A stretch of 64,000 nucleotides of DNA from Lytechinus pictus (lineage: Eukaryota): the NCBI RefSeq assembly GCF_037042905.1, contig NC_087245.1:3784001-3848000 (forward strand), written 5' to 3'. A program made the translations under genes and the position numbers. The notes under the pieces were generated by a model, which saw only the letters and a list, made by a program, of their open reading frames with translations, ran no database searches and had not been told where the DNA came from. This document shows, piece by piece, positions 25,334 through 39,598 of this stretch; position 1 is the stretch's first letter, and each line of letters starts with the position of its first letter.

Positions 25334-26466
25334 GTATGTATGCTATCTTTCAATCTTGTGGAAAGGATGATCAGTGGAGTCCCTACTATTATCCTATAAT
25401 GTAATTCAGTATGAGAGGGGCATGATGTATATAGTACTCCACCTCAACTCCCCAATCTGTTTCATTGAGAAGAAAGAATTGAAGGGTTTGCTGATTCAAT
25501 TATCTTCTTTCTTATATCCTGAAAGAGTAACACCAACTTCATACTTCTATTATTTATAAGATGAGATATTGTGTTTAATATCCTACATAGATTAAATCCT
25601 ATATAGTGATTGGTTCAGATAGCATCATGTGACCAAATATATTCTAACTTTGATGTTGCTTGACATCAGACCTCATATTTTCTGCCCAGCAAATATTCTG
25701 ATGTCATCATTTAAGATGAAGAGATACATAGCAAATCTCTCGGGCATGCCAGTTGGAGAGCTGTTTCTTTAAGGCATGTCCTGTGATTTGACGGCGCAGG
25801 CACTAGTCCGCGTTCTGCTGTGTGTGGTGGCTTAGGGAAAAGTAGGTCATTCAACTCAAGTAACCGGACTCTGCAAGCTCACTGCATAGATTTTAGTTCT
25901 AATTTATTAAAATTAGGATATAAAACAAATATCAATAGTGAGAATTATTAATCACAGGTTGGACTGGCAATATAACTCTTCACCCCTCAGGAAAAATAGT
26001 AATTGCTAGACCAACCTCAGATAAATTATTCCCTCTATACTTTTTCAAGCTTGATATATATGTATAATGAAAATGAACCTTTAATGATATGAGAGGAACT
26101 CTGAGCCTGAATTACAAGAAGAGACCATTTTGAGATTTGAAAACAAATTCAAGTTTGGGTCATGGCTAAATGGGCATTACTCTTGCAATAAATAAGCCCG
26201 TGTTAATCAATTTCTAGATTTTACATCAGAAATACCTATGCAATTGGTGATTTTGCCCCCATTCAGCCAAAATCAACCCCTGAAATCCTCTAAGCAGAGA
26301 TTAGGAAATTAAGATGAATTACGGGAGTAGTTCTGACAGTTTGGGTGGACATGGATGACAAAAAGTATACTCTAAGGAAAAAATGTAATCCTGGTAATAC
26401 CTGGTTATATACATTAATAATTCATAGATTTTTAATTCATATGTGTTTTCCTCTTCTCATTGACAG

Positions 26467-26624
26467 CATCACCAATGTTTGCTTTGTCTATTGGAAGGCA
26501 CAGAGGTCAGCTTCAGGTTGGTAGTATGGTCCTAGGGTCATGGCTTGTAAAGAGACTTAAAAGTCATGATCTGTTGACAGGACGGATGTGGGGTGACTTT
26601 GGCTTAAAACCTCCCACAAACTAA
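26467..26624 (+). CDS. AIFM2: AIFM2 terminal coding exon (absent from the ORF track)
   Basis: tgacag acceptor; PSPMFALSIGRHRGQLQVGSMVLGSWLVKRLKSHDLLTGRMWGDFGLKPPTN-TAA, matching the AIFM2 C-terminus (LSxGR..G..KS.DL...W). Confidence 0.92.
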
Positions 26625-26743
26625 GCATTGGGAAAGCTACAGGACAGATGGAATGGATCCTAGATACCTGTATTAAAGGGAAGGAGTTGATGTTTGTTAT
26701 AAGCTTGAGTGTTGTACTGTATTTGCAAAATATTTTCTGCTAA

Positions 26744-28070
26744 TAGTGCGTATCAAAAAAACGTCTATAAAATTTTTTTTTCAAATTATGATATCTATAT
26801 TTTGATGTTAATAGATGCTCTGAAATCTAATCTTTGAAATGCCATTTAAAAAAATGAATTTTGTTCATGCTTGAGCGAACACGGGACGTTTTTGTCGGGG
26901 GTTCAAAAAGAGGCTTGCGCCAAAATGGCAGAAATGAGAAATTTGATGATCTGACTTCTTGCTAATCATCAGACTTCCTCTTAACCTTTTCATTATCTTT
27001 GCCATGATTTTCGAATTATGCTGTCAAACTTCATTTACACATTTATTTACTTGAAATATTTTGTTTTTTCATTGAAACTTCTTTAACCTTTGAATTTTCC
27101 TTCATAAGTAAGAAAAGAATACTTTTTGTCAACCCAATTTAGCAAGAAGATTTGCATTATTAGTTGGGAGAACTTGTAATTATTCAAATCGTATTTTATT
27201 ATGTGAAACAAATTATGTTATGGTACCTTTGAAAACATGAATCCTATTTTCAAGGAGTTATTGATTTCTTGACCAAGAATAATTATGTGCTTGACAGGAC
27301 AAACAGGAAAGGAATCTCGTCTTTCAATGTCAATGGTTTATTGGGTCAATTTTGAAGGAGCTAGATATGGCAGATCGGATAAAATGTATTTAAAAAGTTG
27401 TGAGCAAGCAAAGTGAGCAAGCAAAAATTTCCACTTTTGTATTAAAATATCAAATTTTGTGATAGATTTTGACAGAATATTCAGAAAATAAATCATATTT
27501 CACTTTCAATCTTTCCTTTTATTTCGTTTCCACTTGTTTTTATTGGGGGAACACCCCGAGCCCCCGCCCATCTGTATGCCACTGTTCAAAGGCACCATAA
27601 CCTTTGTAGCACACAATGAAAGGATTTGAAAAAAATGCACACTCTCCCATACTTCGGTTACAAATTTTTAGTTTTTGCTTAAAGAAGGAATATTTAAAGC
27701 TAAAAGAGAACATATTAAAAAGAAACAACAACAGACAAATTCAAGCAAATAAACAGATTTGAAAATGAATTTTGACCGCATAATTCGAAAATTATGGCAA
27801 AGATAATGATAAGGATAAGAGGAAGTCTGCTGATTAGCAAGAAGTCCGATCATCATATTTATCATTTTATGCCATTTTGGCGCAAGCCTCCTTTTTAACC
27901 CCAGACAAAAACATTCCGTGTTCGCTCAAGCATGAACAAAACTAAATTTTTTTAATGGCATTTGAAAGATAAGACTTCAGAGCATCTATGAACATCAAAA
28001 TATAGACATAATTTGCAACAAAAATTTTAGAGACTTTTCAAATCTGTCCCGTTTTTTTTTATACGGACTG
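26744..28070. mobile_element. Tc1/mariner-like MITE with long (about 250 bp) TIRs
   Basis: AGTGCGTATCAAAAAA...TTTTTTATACGGACTG termini; 26750-26990 is the reverse complement of about 27815-28070. Confidence 0.75.
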
Positions 28071-29010
28071 TGTATATATATACATATATAACGCCTTGGG
28101 AATATGTTGAATACTTTTAGAAATATTGTATAGTTGCAGGAACGCCCTTAGCAGAGTAGTGTGCAATACTTGATGTAATTTATGCAAGTACTAGTTTGTA
28201 ATAGTATGCTGCATTTTGTAACTGTGTGTGAATTGCCTATTTTGAAATGTTTACTGATCAAGTTTCATTTTGAAGTATGTATGTTTTGTAATTTATTTTT
28301 TTTCAGTGCTGTATAGAGTATAGTTTTGTTGAAATTATCTTTTAAAAATATGCTTTCATTTGTAATGGCGTGCAGTTTGTTATACATTTCTTGCCCGTAA
28401 TTTGAAATTTTTCTTGATTCATGAAAAGCCAAACATGTCAAAACACTGTATATTTCATATCTGTACTTCCATGGGGAAAAATAACTAATGTACGTGTAGA
28501 TATATTATCAGGCAATTCTTAATTGTTTGAGCATAAATTTTGCTGATAAATTTGATATCTACTGTAGAACATTGGTGTCACCTTTCACTATCCATAGTTA
28601 AACTACAGTTTAGACCATTATTGAAGTTAAACCTGACTTCAGGCCTTGTGGATTTATGAATATCATCATCCGATATGTTATACAGATTGAAAGAATGAAT
28701 TGATTCAATTGCATTTGTGTTTTATACTTTTTTCACTTTTCATTTACTTTGGTAATTGGTCAATAATAACTGACTAGCATCACAGACTGAAGGGGCTTTG
28801 TACATGTACAGTCAACCTAACATAAGCCAAATCTCTTGGAGAATAAGCAAATTACTTTGGCATCAACAAATTAACCCACAAGCTTCAGCAACCGGTTGGT
28901 TTGTACAAATAACATGTAGTTGGGGAGAAGATAATTTGGTATTTACTGGGTTAAGTTTATGTCTGTTAATTTTAAACTAGGTGGTACTCCAAAGACGGAT
29001 CTTGTGTTAA

Positions 29011-29777
29011 CCCTAATTCTCCCGGGGGGGGGGGCCATAATGGCCCCCCCCCTTGACAATTTTCGCGATATATCTGCTGTGCAAATTTTTTTGACCTCGC
29101 CGCTCACTGACTTTTTACTTTCAAGTCTTGCGCAAATTTTGAGACCAAATTTGTGACGCCCGGGTACACGGTTACGACATTATGCAACATTATGTAAGTG
29201 CATGTCAGACCCAAAATTGCTCATAAACGTGATTTCATGTACAAATCCAATGCAAATTGTGTATTTAGCCAAAATTCATAAATTTATCATTATTTCTACT
29301 TTTACTGATTAAACTGAATTAATTTTGCCTTGTTTATGATCAGAACTAAGTCTGGAATGATTTCCATTGAAAAAACAATAAAAAACAAAAAGTGAAAAAA
29401 CAAAGAAATACATAAGAAATTCATAAAACAATAAAATACATAAGAAATTGATTTCCGAACCGAAGTTTTTTTAATTGCGATTGTTAAGATTGCTACAAAG
29501 AATTTTTTTACCAAAAATTAGCATTCTAGGAGCTTTATTTAGTGAATTATAGCAAAAAGTATGATTTATGCATAAATTAGCATAATTAATTCATATAAAA
29601 TAAAATCTCATTATTTTGGAAAATTTTACCATACAGCCTTGTAGATTACATCGCACACTACCAGTGTGCAAATTTGTGCGTCGCTCGCGCAATCGGCGGC
29701 CGAGATCTTAAGGGGGGGCCATAATGGCCCCCCCCCCCGGGATTGACAAGAATCAAAATACCCCGGGAGATTGAGGG
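29011..29777. mobile_element. piggyBac-like MITE (second copy)
   Basis: TTAA at 29007-29010 and 29778-29781; CCCT...AGGG; homologous to 3842-4613. Confidence 0.85.
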
Positions 29778-29781
29778 TTAA

Positions 29782-30322
29782 GATTATTATAAACTTTATT
29801 GATGTAATCATGAATATATCTAATGTGTTCTTTAGTTTAGGGCCTCACAGCCTCTATCTATAAGCATGTATGTGTGGACATGATGATAGATTATTATAAA
29901 CTTTATTGATGTAATCATGAATATATCTAATGTGTTATTTAGTTTAGGGCCTCACAGCCTCTATCTGTAAACATGTATGTGTGGACATGATGATAGATTA
30001 TTATAAACTTTATTGATGTAATCATGAATATATCTAATTTGTTCTTTAGTTTAGGGCCTGCACATCCTCTATATGTAAGCATGTTTGTGTGGACATGATG
30101 ATAGATAATTATTATAAACTTTATTGATGTAATCATGAATATATCTAATTTGTTCTTTAGTTTAGGGCCTCACATCCTCTATCTGTAAGCATGTATGTGT
30201 GGACATGATGATAGATTATTATAAACTTTATTGATGTAATCATGAATATATCTAATGTGTTCTTAAGTTTAGGGCCCGCACAGCCTCTATCTGTAAGCAT
30301 GTATGTGTGGACATGATGATAT
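29782..30322. repeat. Minisatellite, about 107-110 bp unit x5
   Basis: Unit GATTATTATAAACTTTATTGATG...GGACATGATGATA repeated head to tail. Confidence 0.9.
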
Positions 30323-31394
30323 CTCTTTATCAGTCTTCTCACCCTTAAAGACTAGGCCAAATCATTGCTAAAACAAGTCAAATTGGATTATTCTCAATTA
30401 GAGTGAAAGGGGGATTCCTGTGTATTTTGCTGACAAAACAAGGGGGCCCATAGTTTTTTGGGTTTTTTTTTTGTAATCAAGGACTAATCTATGGATAGTC
30501 ATTAACAGGAATCATAGAAATATGATAAGATGAAGAATACCATAGATTGTTTAAGCTGCATTGAGTAGTAGTGGATTATCCATAGATGATTTACTCTAAG
30601 GTACTTGCTTTGGTTCCTCATCTTTGAAATGCTTTTGCTGAAATAAAGAAAATACCATGTCTTTGCTCTCTTGCAAAGGTGTTGCTCCTCATTTAAAGGT
30701 AATATGCCACAACTATTGTGAACAGCACCAGCTCAAGACTACATTGCCCAGAATGTTGAATTATGGGTAAACAACATGGCTAGATTTGAGGACTTGAGGC
30801 GATGGAATAAAAGGTTGCTTAAATAAGGCTATTGGCTTAAAGATCTATTTTCAAAATATTCTTTAAGTAAAAATAGTCTGTTGTAATACATCCGAGTAAT
30901 CTTGTTTTCCAAGAAAATATGTTTTCCAAGAAAAATTAAACTGCCATACAATTTTTTTTTAATTGTTCCATTCTTTCCCCCTTAATTCGTAGAGGAAGAG
31001 AGAGAGAGAGCATTAAGCCAATGTATATCTTAATATCATTATGACATATATTTATAGAATTTTTATATATTAAGTTATTTCAGTGTTCACTTTATAAAGT
31101 TCATGAATTGATGCACATGATATATTTGTTTTTTATTCATAATTTTATAAATAAATAAAAAGATGTCCATAGATATTTAACAGTGTTGGAAATGTTTTTT
31201 TCTTTGTGATAATAAATATGGGATAAGGAATGAGGACATCTTGGATGATACACATTATATTCAAGTAAACTTAACATAAATGCTCAAAATGGTATTGATA
31301 AACAATGTAAATTTGAATGTGTGTACTTCAGTTTAATTTTTCGAAATCATTCTAGATGACACTCTATTACCAGGACTATTGATAATACATGTAT

Positions 31395-31700
31395 TTCAAA
31401 CAAAATATAATTATAAAAGCATTGGTGTCCTATGTAAATTACGTGTAACCCTATGTCAAAATGTGTCATTTAGTTTGTATAACTGTTTAATTTTACAATT
31501 CTTTCATTATTGTACCATTACTTGGGCAGCAGAAGGAAAAACTAAATTCGAATCTTTGTATAAACTTCAAAAGAAAGCTCGTAGAATATGTATCGATTTT
31601 CACGTTCAAGCTCATTCTCGTCCTTTTTGGTCACAAACACTTACTATTCATAGAATTCAAATTGCTATAATAATGTTTAATGTTAATAATAAAATGTGTT
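31395..31700 (+). mobile_element. Degraded LINE ORF2 fragment
   Basis: IGVLCKLR...SLYNCLIL..FHYCTITW...LYKLQKKARRI resembles the CR1/L2 RT C-terminal region. Confidence 0.7.
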
Positions 31701-34292
31701 TTTTTTCTATTTGACTGGATTATGTTTAACAATTTTTTTTACTTACATTTTCAGGGGCATATCCAGGTTTCGCCAATGGGGGGGGGGGGCTGAAAAAATA
31801 TTTTCATCCACATTTTTCCTTTAACGTCCTCTCAAAACTGACTTTTATTGTTTTTCTGAAGGGTCTTACAGTTACTTCTTACCTTTATTCTTATAAACAA
31901 GAAAATTGTATGTTATTAAAAACAATGCAAGCGCAAAGCGCGGGATAAATTTTTGAAGAAATTTCATGTATCTTGTCCTGAAAATTGAACATTTAGAACA
32001 ATGTTTGTGATCATGAACAAGATGCAGATGTTAATAACTGCGAGTACGAAGCGCGAGCTTATATTTTTATATACTGCATGGCCTGATCTAAAAGGGATTT
32101 GTTATGGACTGTTTGCATTTACCCATGAAGAATGTCCAGTTATCAGGTTGGAATATCACCAATAATCAACAAAGATTTTCCTCCCCACGCAGAGCAGTGA
32201 AACTCTGACATTTCAAAGGGCGGACGTTTCATTAAATGCAGATATCTCTAATACCCCCATAGGTTCCAATTCAATTGATTTCCTAAGACTATATTGAACT
32301 TCAATACAAAGAAAACAGAGCGCAAAAAGTTGAAACTTTTGTGATTTATTTAAATTACATAAAAAAGGATGATGTATAATTTCTTTTACTCATCCTGGAG
32401 CGCGTCGTATGAAACTTAAGTGTCATTCAAACTGAGTGCGTAAAATAAGTCTGAGATGAATGTGCAGGGAGGTGACATGAAGTTTCAGAGAATTTAATAG
32501 AAATATTGTACTTTTTTATTTAATACGACACGAATTTTATACTTTTTTTAATGAGAAACCCGTTTTCCCATGATTGTTTAGTAATGAGCTGAAAAGCGGG
32601 AGAAGTGGCCTATATGGGGGTAACGGCAAAAATTGAGATCGGCATAAATATTTAACTCGCCTGGGGCCGACCAGAAGTGCGGAAATATTGCGTGATCAAT
32701 TTGAAAAAAAGAAGATAATTTCATATACTTCGGCCTAACCTTACTCTATAATTCCATGCCCTATTGTATACATTTGAACTTAAACTGGCAAGAAACACAC
32801 TAGTCCTATAGCCGAGGTGGAAAAACAGGATTAGATAGAGGGTGAGGGAAACAAAGAACTGCATTATTGTCATTTAACCGCGCAAAGCGCGGAAGCGAAA
32901 TTTATATATATAGATTTAGAGTGAGAGTGAAGTAGCTTCGTTAAGGTACTAATACTTTTGAGGAAAAAAAAGTTAAAGAATAAAAAGAAAAACCCACAAA
33001 GCTACCTTCCCTTTTCTCCCTTCGCTTTTCCCTTTATCAATTTTTCCCCCTTCTTTTGGGGGACGTTTTCGGGGGGGGGGGCACCGCCCCCCGGCTACGC
33101 GCCTGGCAAGATACTTATATTATTCATGAGTCACTAAATGCAGTCCCTATAACAGGTTCCTTTTCTGCAAGTATATTTAAAAAAAATCCGCTCGCCCTTG
33201 CGTTAATTCTGTAGTTAGATACACGTCTTTTTCATGATTACAAAAATTGCTTGTAATGTTTGACTTTCATGTCTTATTACATGAAATACCCAAGTTTGAG
33301 CTCGCGATTCGCACTCGCAACATCTCGCAATGATGTCCTTTTAATGGTATAATTAGCGACATAATTGACCGAAAAGCGAGTTTTACAACTTCAAATTTGA
33401 TTTTTTTTTCCAAACAGGTTGCTCGCTACGCTCACTCGTGGAAAAAAGCCTAAATATATATCTTATCAATCAGAAATCACTTTAAAAATGCTTTGCTCAA
33501 TTTAATTACTACAAAACACACAACTACTTCGTGCAGATGATAATTCTATTGTGAAATAATCCGTTGGCACCTAATGCCCATTTTGACAAGTGCCCTTTTT
33601 GGCTTTGCCCCCCAAACGAAAATTTGTTCCGCCGCCCCTGTTTGGAAACTTTAATCGGTAATTCTACCTTTTATGCGCCTATATTGTTTTTGTTTTATTG
33701 CTATAACTCATCTCTAATATTAGTGTAATCGAATACACTTTGCAAAATACTAAAAGTAAGCCTTCATGCATCAAAATTAACAATTAATTAATGTCATGGA
33801 ACTCTTTGGTTCTGACCAATTTAGATGCAAATTACCAAACATTTGACAATTTCAAGTATAAACACTCTCTTATCCCATCTACTGAAACATGATAATTGTT
33901 AAAACAGCATTTGAGAAAGAACTGATTGATTATACTGCTGTTATTTTCGCATGCATGATTTTTCTCGATTCACGGGGGTCCCGACATTTTCGCGGGTTGT
34001 TGATGACAATAAAATCAAATTATTTAATGGAAAATACATTGTAATATTACATTGAGTGAATAAATATTGATAAATAAAAATATGTTAAGAAATATTTAAC
34101 GCTCTGATTTTGTTTGAGAAATAAAAAAGTGAAATTCTAGCTAATAATTAATTTAATTAATAACTTTACTTTTTCGAACTTATTTTCTGTGAATATATAG
34201 GTGCATATCTTAACTTTTTCACCACATATTAGAAGTAGGTTTGCAAGAGCAAAGTTTTGCTGTTATTTTGGGACAATGGCACTGATTACTAA

Positions 34293-34743
34293 TACCGTGT
34301 TTACACTTGATCGGCTTTTGGTTCAGAACCAAAAGCCGATGCAGAATCGGCTTTTGGTTTGCGTTTACACGTTGTTACAGCTCGCGGTTCAGAACCGCGA
34401 GCCGATTCAAAAACCTGAAATGATACGCACACCAACAATATACGTCATAATAAAGACAACGCTGGATCAGTGCACTTACAATTACGTTACAATGGTAAAG
34501 TAAATGAAATGCGCACAAATTGCTGATGCAGAATCGGCTGTCTGTTTACACGTAGTAAAAAAGCCAATTCTGCATCGGCTCGCGGTTCTGAACCTACTAC
34601 TTTGGTGGTGCAAATTGCCGGTTCTGAACCGCGAGCCGATGCAAGTTACTCGCGTTTACACGCTATGAAAAAGCCGATGCTGAATCGGCTCGCGGTTCAG
34701 AACCGCGAGCCGATTCAAAAGCCGATTAAGTGTAAACACGGTA
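34293..34743. mobile_element. Harbinger-like MITE with internal palindromic repeats
   Basis: TIR TACCGTGTTTACACTT; TAA TSD at 34290-34292 and 34744-34746; repeated CTCGCGGTTCAGAACCGCGAG. Confidence 0.8.
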
Positions 34744-34792
34744 TAAATGTGTCGCAGCTGATCGCGTAATCCGCAAAAATAACAGCTTCTAC

Positions 34793-35813
34793 CAGTGGCG
34801 GACCGTGCGCCGGAGGCGCGTTTCCGTTTTACACCCTGGCGAAGGCATTTTCCGGAAAAATAGCCACAAAGCGACTAGTGAAGAGTCTACGTCTACGTTT
34901 GTTTACATAATCAGCTGGGCGCGCGATCCAAAAGTCCGCACCGAAGATATCCGCAGAACATACGTGCAAATGCAGCTGAGCTTATAGACCAAAAGCTTCA
35001 GTCTCTGTATTTTGGTTGTTCCGCTGAACTATATACGTTGGCTTCATGATTTTTTTTTACTTTATCGCACATGATCGTTTATATGAATGAAAACGAATAA
35101 TAGCTAAAATATTGAAATCTATCCTTATATCTATCATATCTGTCTATCCACTATCTATGTTATAAATCAATCTATGGTACTACATGATATATCTATCTGT
35201 TAGTTTGTCTATCTACTCTGTCTCTCTCATTCTCTATTTACCTATCTATCTGTCTATCCATCTAACATCTATCTCTCAAATTCTCTATCTATCCATCTGT
35301 CTCTCTTTTATTTCTCTCTATCCATCTGTTAATCTACTCATGTGCAATATCAACACTGCTTCGACTTCCTTCGGGAGTCTATTTCCTCAACTCTACTTTT
35401 CCCTTTTTTGTGCTCGTTTCGATTCAACTACTACTTTATTTACTTGTTACCATTGTTAAATGTCTTGTATTGCATAATGATTTTTTTTCTTCTGAAGGTT
35501 GCCTCCTATTCTCTTTCAAATTCCACCTCTTGCTTTCCCTTCTCTTTGTCTTATCCCAATTTCTTTCCCTTCTCTCACCTCTTTCTTCTTAATCTTTCAT
35601 TCCGCTTTTTTCTTCTTTGGTGACACTTTACTTTTGGCCTTTTGTATTTATTTATGATACATTTCTTTTTTATCTGTATGAATTTGTATTGTATTTGATA
35701 TTTATTTATAATGTTTACTTTATATTTTGTTATGATTCTATTTGTATGTAAACATTCACTTATTTCAGTCTTTGACTGCTTGTGATTGTATTTTGATAGT
35801 TTTCATTGCAATA

Positions 35814-35853
<40 letters not shown>

Positions 35854-36444
35854 AAATTCTCTCTATCTATCCATCTGTCTTTCTCTAGTTCTCTCTCTCT
35901 CTATCAATCTATCTATATATCTTCTATCTATCTATCTATCTATATGTAACTGCAGTATCTATCGATCTGTTAATTTGTCGCTCTTCTCTGTCTCTCTCAT
36001 TCTTTATCTATCTAACATCTATCTATCTCTCAAATTCTCTATCTCTCTCTCCCCCTCTCTCTATCTATCCATCTTTCTGTCTTTCTCTCTCTATCTATCT
36101 TCTATCTATTTATTTATCTATCTATCTCTCAAATTCTATCTCTATATCTATGTAACTAAACTACAGTATCTATCTATCTGTTAATTTGTATATCTTCTCT
36201 GTCTCTCTCATTCTTTATCTATCTATCCATCTAACATCTACCGTATCTCTCAGATTCTCTATCTCTCTCTCCCCCTCTCTCTCTCTTTCTCTCTCTATCT
36301 ATCCATCTGTCTGTCTTTTTTCTCTATTTCTCTGTATCCGTCCATATATCTATCTATCTATCTATAACATCTCTCCATCTCTCAAGTTCTCTCCCCCATC
36401 TATCTATCTATCCATCTCTCTGTCTTTCTCTCTCTCTCTCTATT

Positions 36445-36489
<45 letters not shown>

Positions 36490-36910
36490 GTCTCTATCTA
36501 TTTATTTTTATTTTGTCTGTCATTCTATTCATTTAGTTAATAATTTATATTTAGAAGAAAAAAACTTTTTCATAACTTTTCATAAAAAAACGTAACTGCA
36601 AAAGCATGTTCTGATTTCACTCATATGACTGCTCTCTGTCCATGAAGTGCCGAGGAACTATATGCTCTGATCAGTAACTGCAGATTGCATGCGGTGGTGT
36701 GGGGCTCGCCCGGCTGGCTCGCCTGTGTCGCACGCTGCAACCAGCGACGTGTGTAGACTCTTCACTAGTCGCTTTGTGGCTATTTTTGCGGAAAATGCCT
36801 TCGCCAGGGTGTAAAACGAAAACGCGCGACCCGCGGTAGACAATGATTGGAGGGGCACTGTATTGTTTCCCTCCAATGCTTTGTCTCCTCCGGGCCACGG
36901 TCCGCCACTG
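34793..36910. mobile_element. hAT-like non-autonomous element
   Basis: TIR CAGTGGCGGACCGTG plus a subterminal inverted block; 8-bp TSD GCTTCTAC at 34785-34792 and 36911-36918. Confidence 0.85.
35110..36530. repeat. Degenerate (ATCT)n/(CT)n/(AT)n microsatellite field
   Basis: Directly visible simple-sequence tracts. Confidence 0.9.
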
Positions 36911-38435
36911 GCTTCTACAGTAGGCCTATCTAATATCTGAAATAGCATTAATATATTTTCATTTGAATACAAATATTGCTCGTCATTCTAGTGTTTTAGC
37001 TGCCGAAAATGGCTGCCATGACATCCACAGCGCTACATTACCTCGGCTGTCTCTTCATGACAACGCCCAGCACAGAAAAAAATAGCACGCTGTTTAAAGG
37101 GATCGTTTAACTTTGTGAGCAGCTGATTAAAAAAATTCTCAAACTGAGTTGAAACGTGCGTATGAGTGCCTGTATTTGTCCTCAAAAACCCTGAAACAGA
37201 CCACAATATAGGATGAAAAGCTCTAATTTAGATACAAGTAGCAATTTATTAGCCTGATTTTGAGAACCGTCTAGTAGACGGGTTCAGCTTATGACCAGTT
37301 TTCTCCAATTCAAAAAGTCCGTTGGCTATTTTGACTGCCTTCTGTTGTGTGTATCTCTTATACACACACTATTAGCTGCACTGTACATTCAGAGTATACC
37401 TTGTACACACTGTATGTAGGTCATGCTGTGTTCATCTAGAATTAATGTGTTGTGGTGCACAGATTCCCTGTATACACATAGTCATTGAAACCAACTCCCA
37501 ATTATTTCAAACTTTGGTTTACATCTCCAAGGTTTTAAAATTGATCCTGTAAATATAATTCTCTGAAACTTTTGGGATGGTATTTTTACACTATAAGCCT
37601 AATGTTAAGCCCATTTTCAGGAACCAAAAGGAGAATTTTTTTAATCAGAACAAAGTGAAATGATCACTTTAAGCCTGTCACTCTAACAACAAGTTGTTTA
37701 AACTTTTATGTAATTGTTTAAACTTTTTATACAAGTTGTTTAAAAAGTTTAAGCAGTAGTTTAAAAAAATTTAAAGTTGTTAGAGTGACGGGCTTAAACA
37801 ACGTGCTTAAAATTTTAAACAGCATTTTTACAGTGAACGGCAATTAAATTACGGATTCCCCTACTACCTCAAATGGTCGTCATTATTGTGATTTGTATGC
37901 AAATTTTGTTGACAATTAGCTGCAAAACGGAATTCTGTCCTATTCCCAACATCTGTGACATTGAATCACTACAAGGAAATCTCATTCATATACATGTAGA
38001 TATTCATGTTTATCGGACCATCTCCGTTCAAACAGGACCCCCCCCCCCCGACGGATCCCCCATCTGAGAACAAGTTATAAAGGGATTCCGCCTCTATTCA
38101 GTCAAGAGTGAAGCGTCCTTTGTCCATCTGCTAAGCAAAGTGTAAACGCTTTTTTGAACTGCATTTGGCTTAATTAAGATCGCCTTCCAATAATGAATTC
38201 AAAATCCCGCAACTTGAGATTAGCTGGGTTGCACTCTGATGAACCTACTCCCATACATATAGTGCCTGCATAGAAGAGTATCATGCTATTCGGCAATCAA
38301 CTGATTCCAGCTGCTCCCATGAAGAGTCCCCTCAAGTTGACAGCCATTGCCGTCCACTGTCAACTCGTCACAAGGCATATTGTTCATGATACATTACTGA
38401 TATTGATAGATAACTTGAAGATTACAGAAATAGAC

Positions 38436-39598
38436 AACAAGTGGAACGCCTCTGGCAGTCTCGCCTGCATTACGCAATTTAATATAGCAGCAGTGCTAAC
38501 TTTGAAAACTACTATAAAATAATCATTCACAAAAACATCATTCATATAATGACATAATACCACGTTCATTGACCATAAATGACATTTGAACGGAGACTTA
38601 AGACTGTCAACTACACACATGTCCACATTTCATTCACTCTATCCATAAAGTTATGATGGCACTTCAACAATTACCCCAACATGGCCTAAGTTTAATGACC
38701 TTAACTGACCTTTGACTTTGTTTTGTGACCTGAAACTCACAGGGGATGTTCAGTGATGCTTGATTACTCTTATATCCCAAGTTTTATGAACTAGATCCAT
38801 AAACTTCAGAGTTAGGATGGTAATTCAACAAATACCCCCAAATCGGCCAAAGTTCGTTGACCTTTAATGACCTTTGACCATGGTCATGTGACCTGAAACT
38901 CGTACAGGATGTTCAGTGATACTTGATTACTCTTATGTCCAAGTTTTATGAACTAGATCCATAAACTTTCAGAGTTATAGGATGGTAATTTAACATATAC
39001 CCCCAACACGGCCAAAGTTCATTGACCTTAAATGACCATTGACCATGGTCATGTGACCTGAAACTCGCACAGGATATTCAGTGATACTTGATTAACCTAA
39101 TGTCCAAGTTTCATGAACTAAATCCATAAATTTTCAAAGTTATGATGGTAATTCAACAAATACCCCCAACTTGGCCAAAGTTCATTGACCCTAAATGACC
39201 TTTGACCTTGGTCATGTGACCTGAAACTCAGGCAGGATGTTCACTAATACTTGATTAACCTTATGTCCAAGTTTCATTGACTAGATCCATAAATTTTCAA
39301 AGTTATGATAGTAATTCAACAAATACCCCCAACTTGACCAAAGTTCATTGACCCTAAATGACCTTTGACCTTGGTCACGTGACCTGAAACTCGAGCAGGA
39401 TGTTCACTTATTCTTGATTAACATTATGTCCAAGTTTCATGAACAAAGGTCCATATACTTTCTAAGTTATGATGTCATTTCAAAAACTTAACCTTAGGTT
39501 AAGATTTGATGTTGACGCGCGGCGCGCCGCCGTCGCCGCCGCCGCCGTCGGAAAAGCGGCGCCTATAGTCTCGCTCTGCTATGCAGGCGAGACAAAAA
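38436..39598 (-). mobile_element. Helentron-like (HINE/Tsp-type) element with internal tandem array of about 163 bp x5
   Basis: GTGACCTGAAACTC recurs at about 38725, 38888, 39053, 39216 and 39379; subterminal inverted CTCGCCTGCAT; terminal hairpin. Confidence 0.8.

Noticed and set aside
29782..30322. Tandem units containing ATGATGA, as a possible snoRNA cluster or CRISPR-like array
   Set aside because: No box D or guide, and no unique spacers; it is an ordinary minisatellite.
35184..36536. Several ORFs of 60-132 aa
   Set aside because: Translations of (ATCT)n microsatellite.
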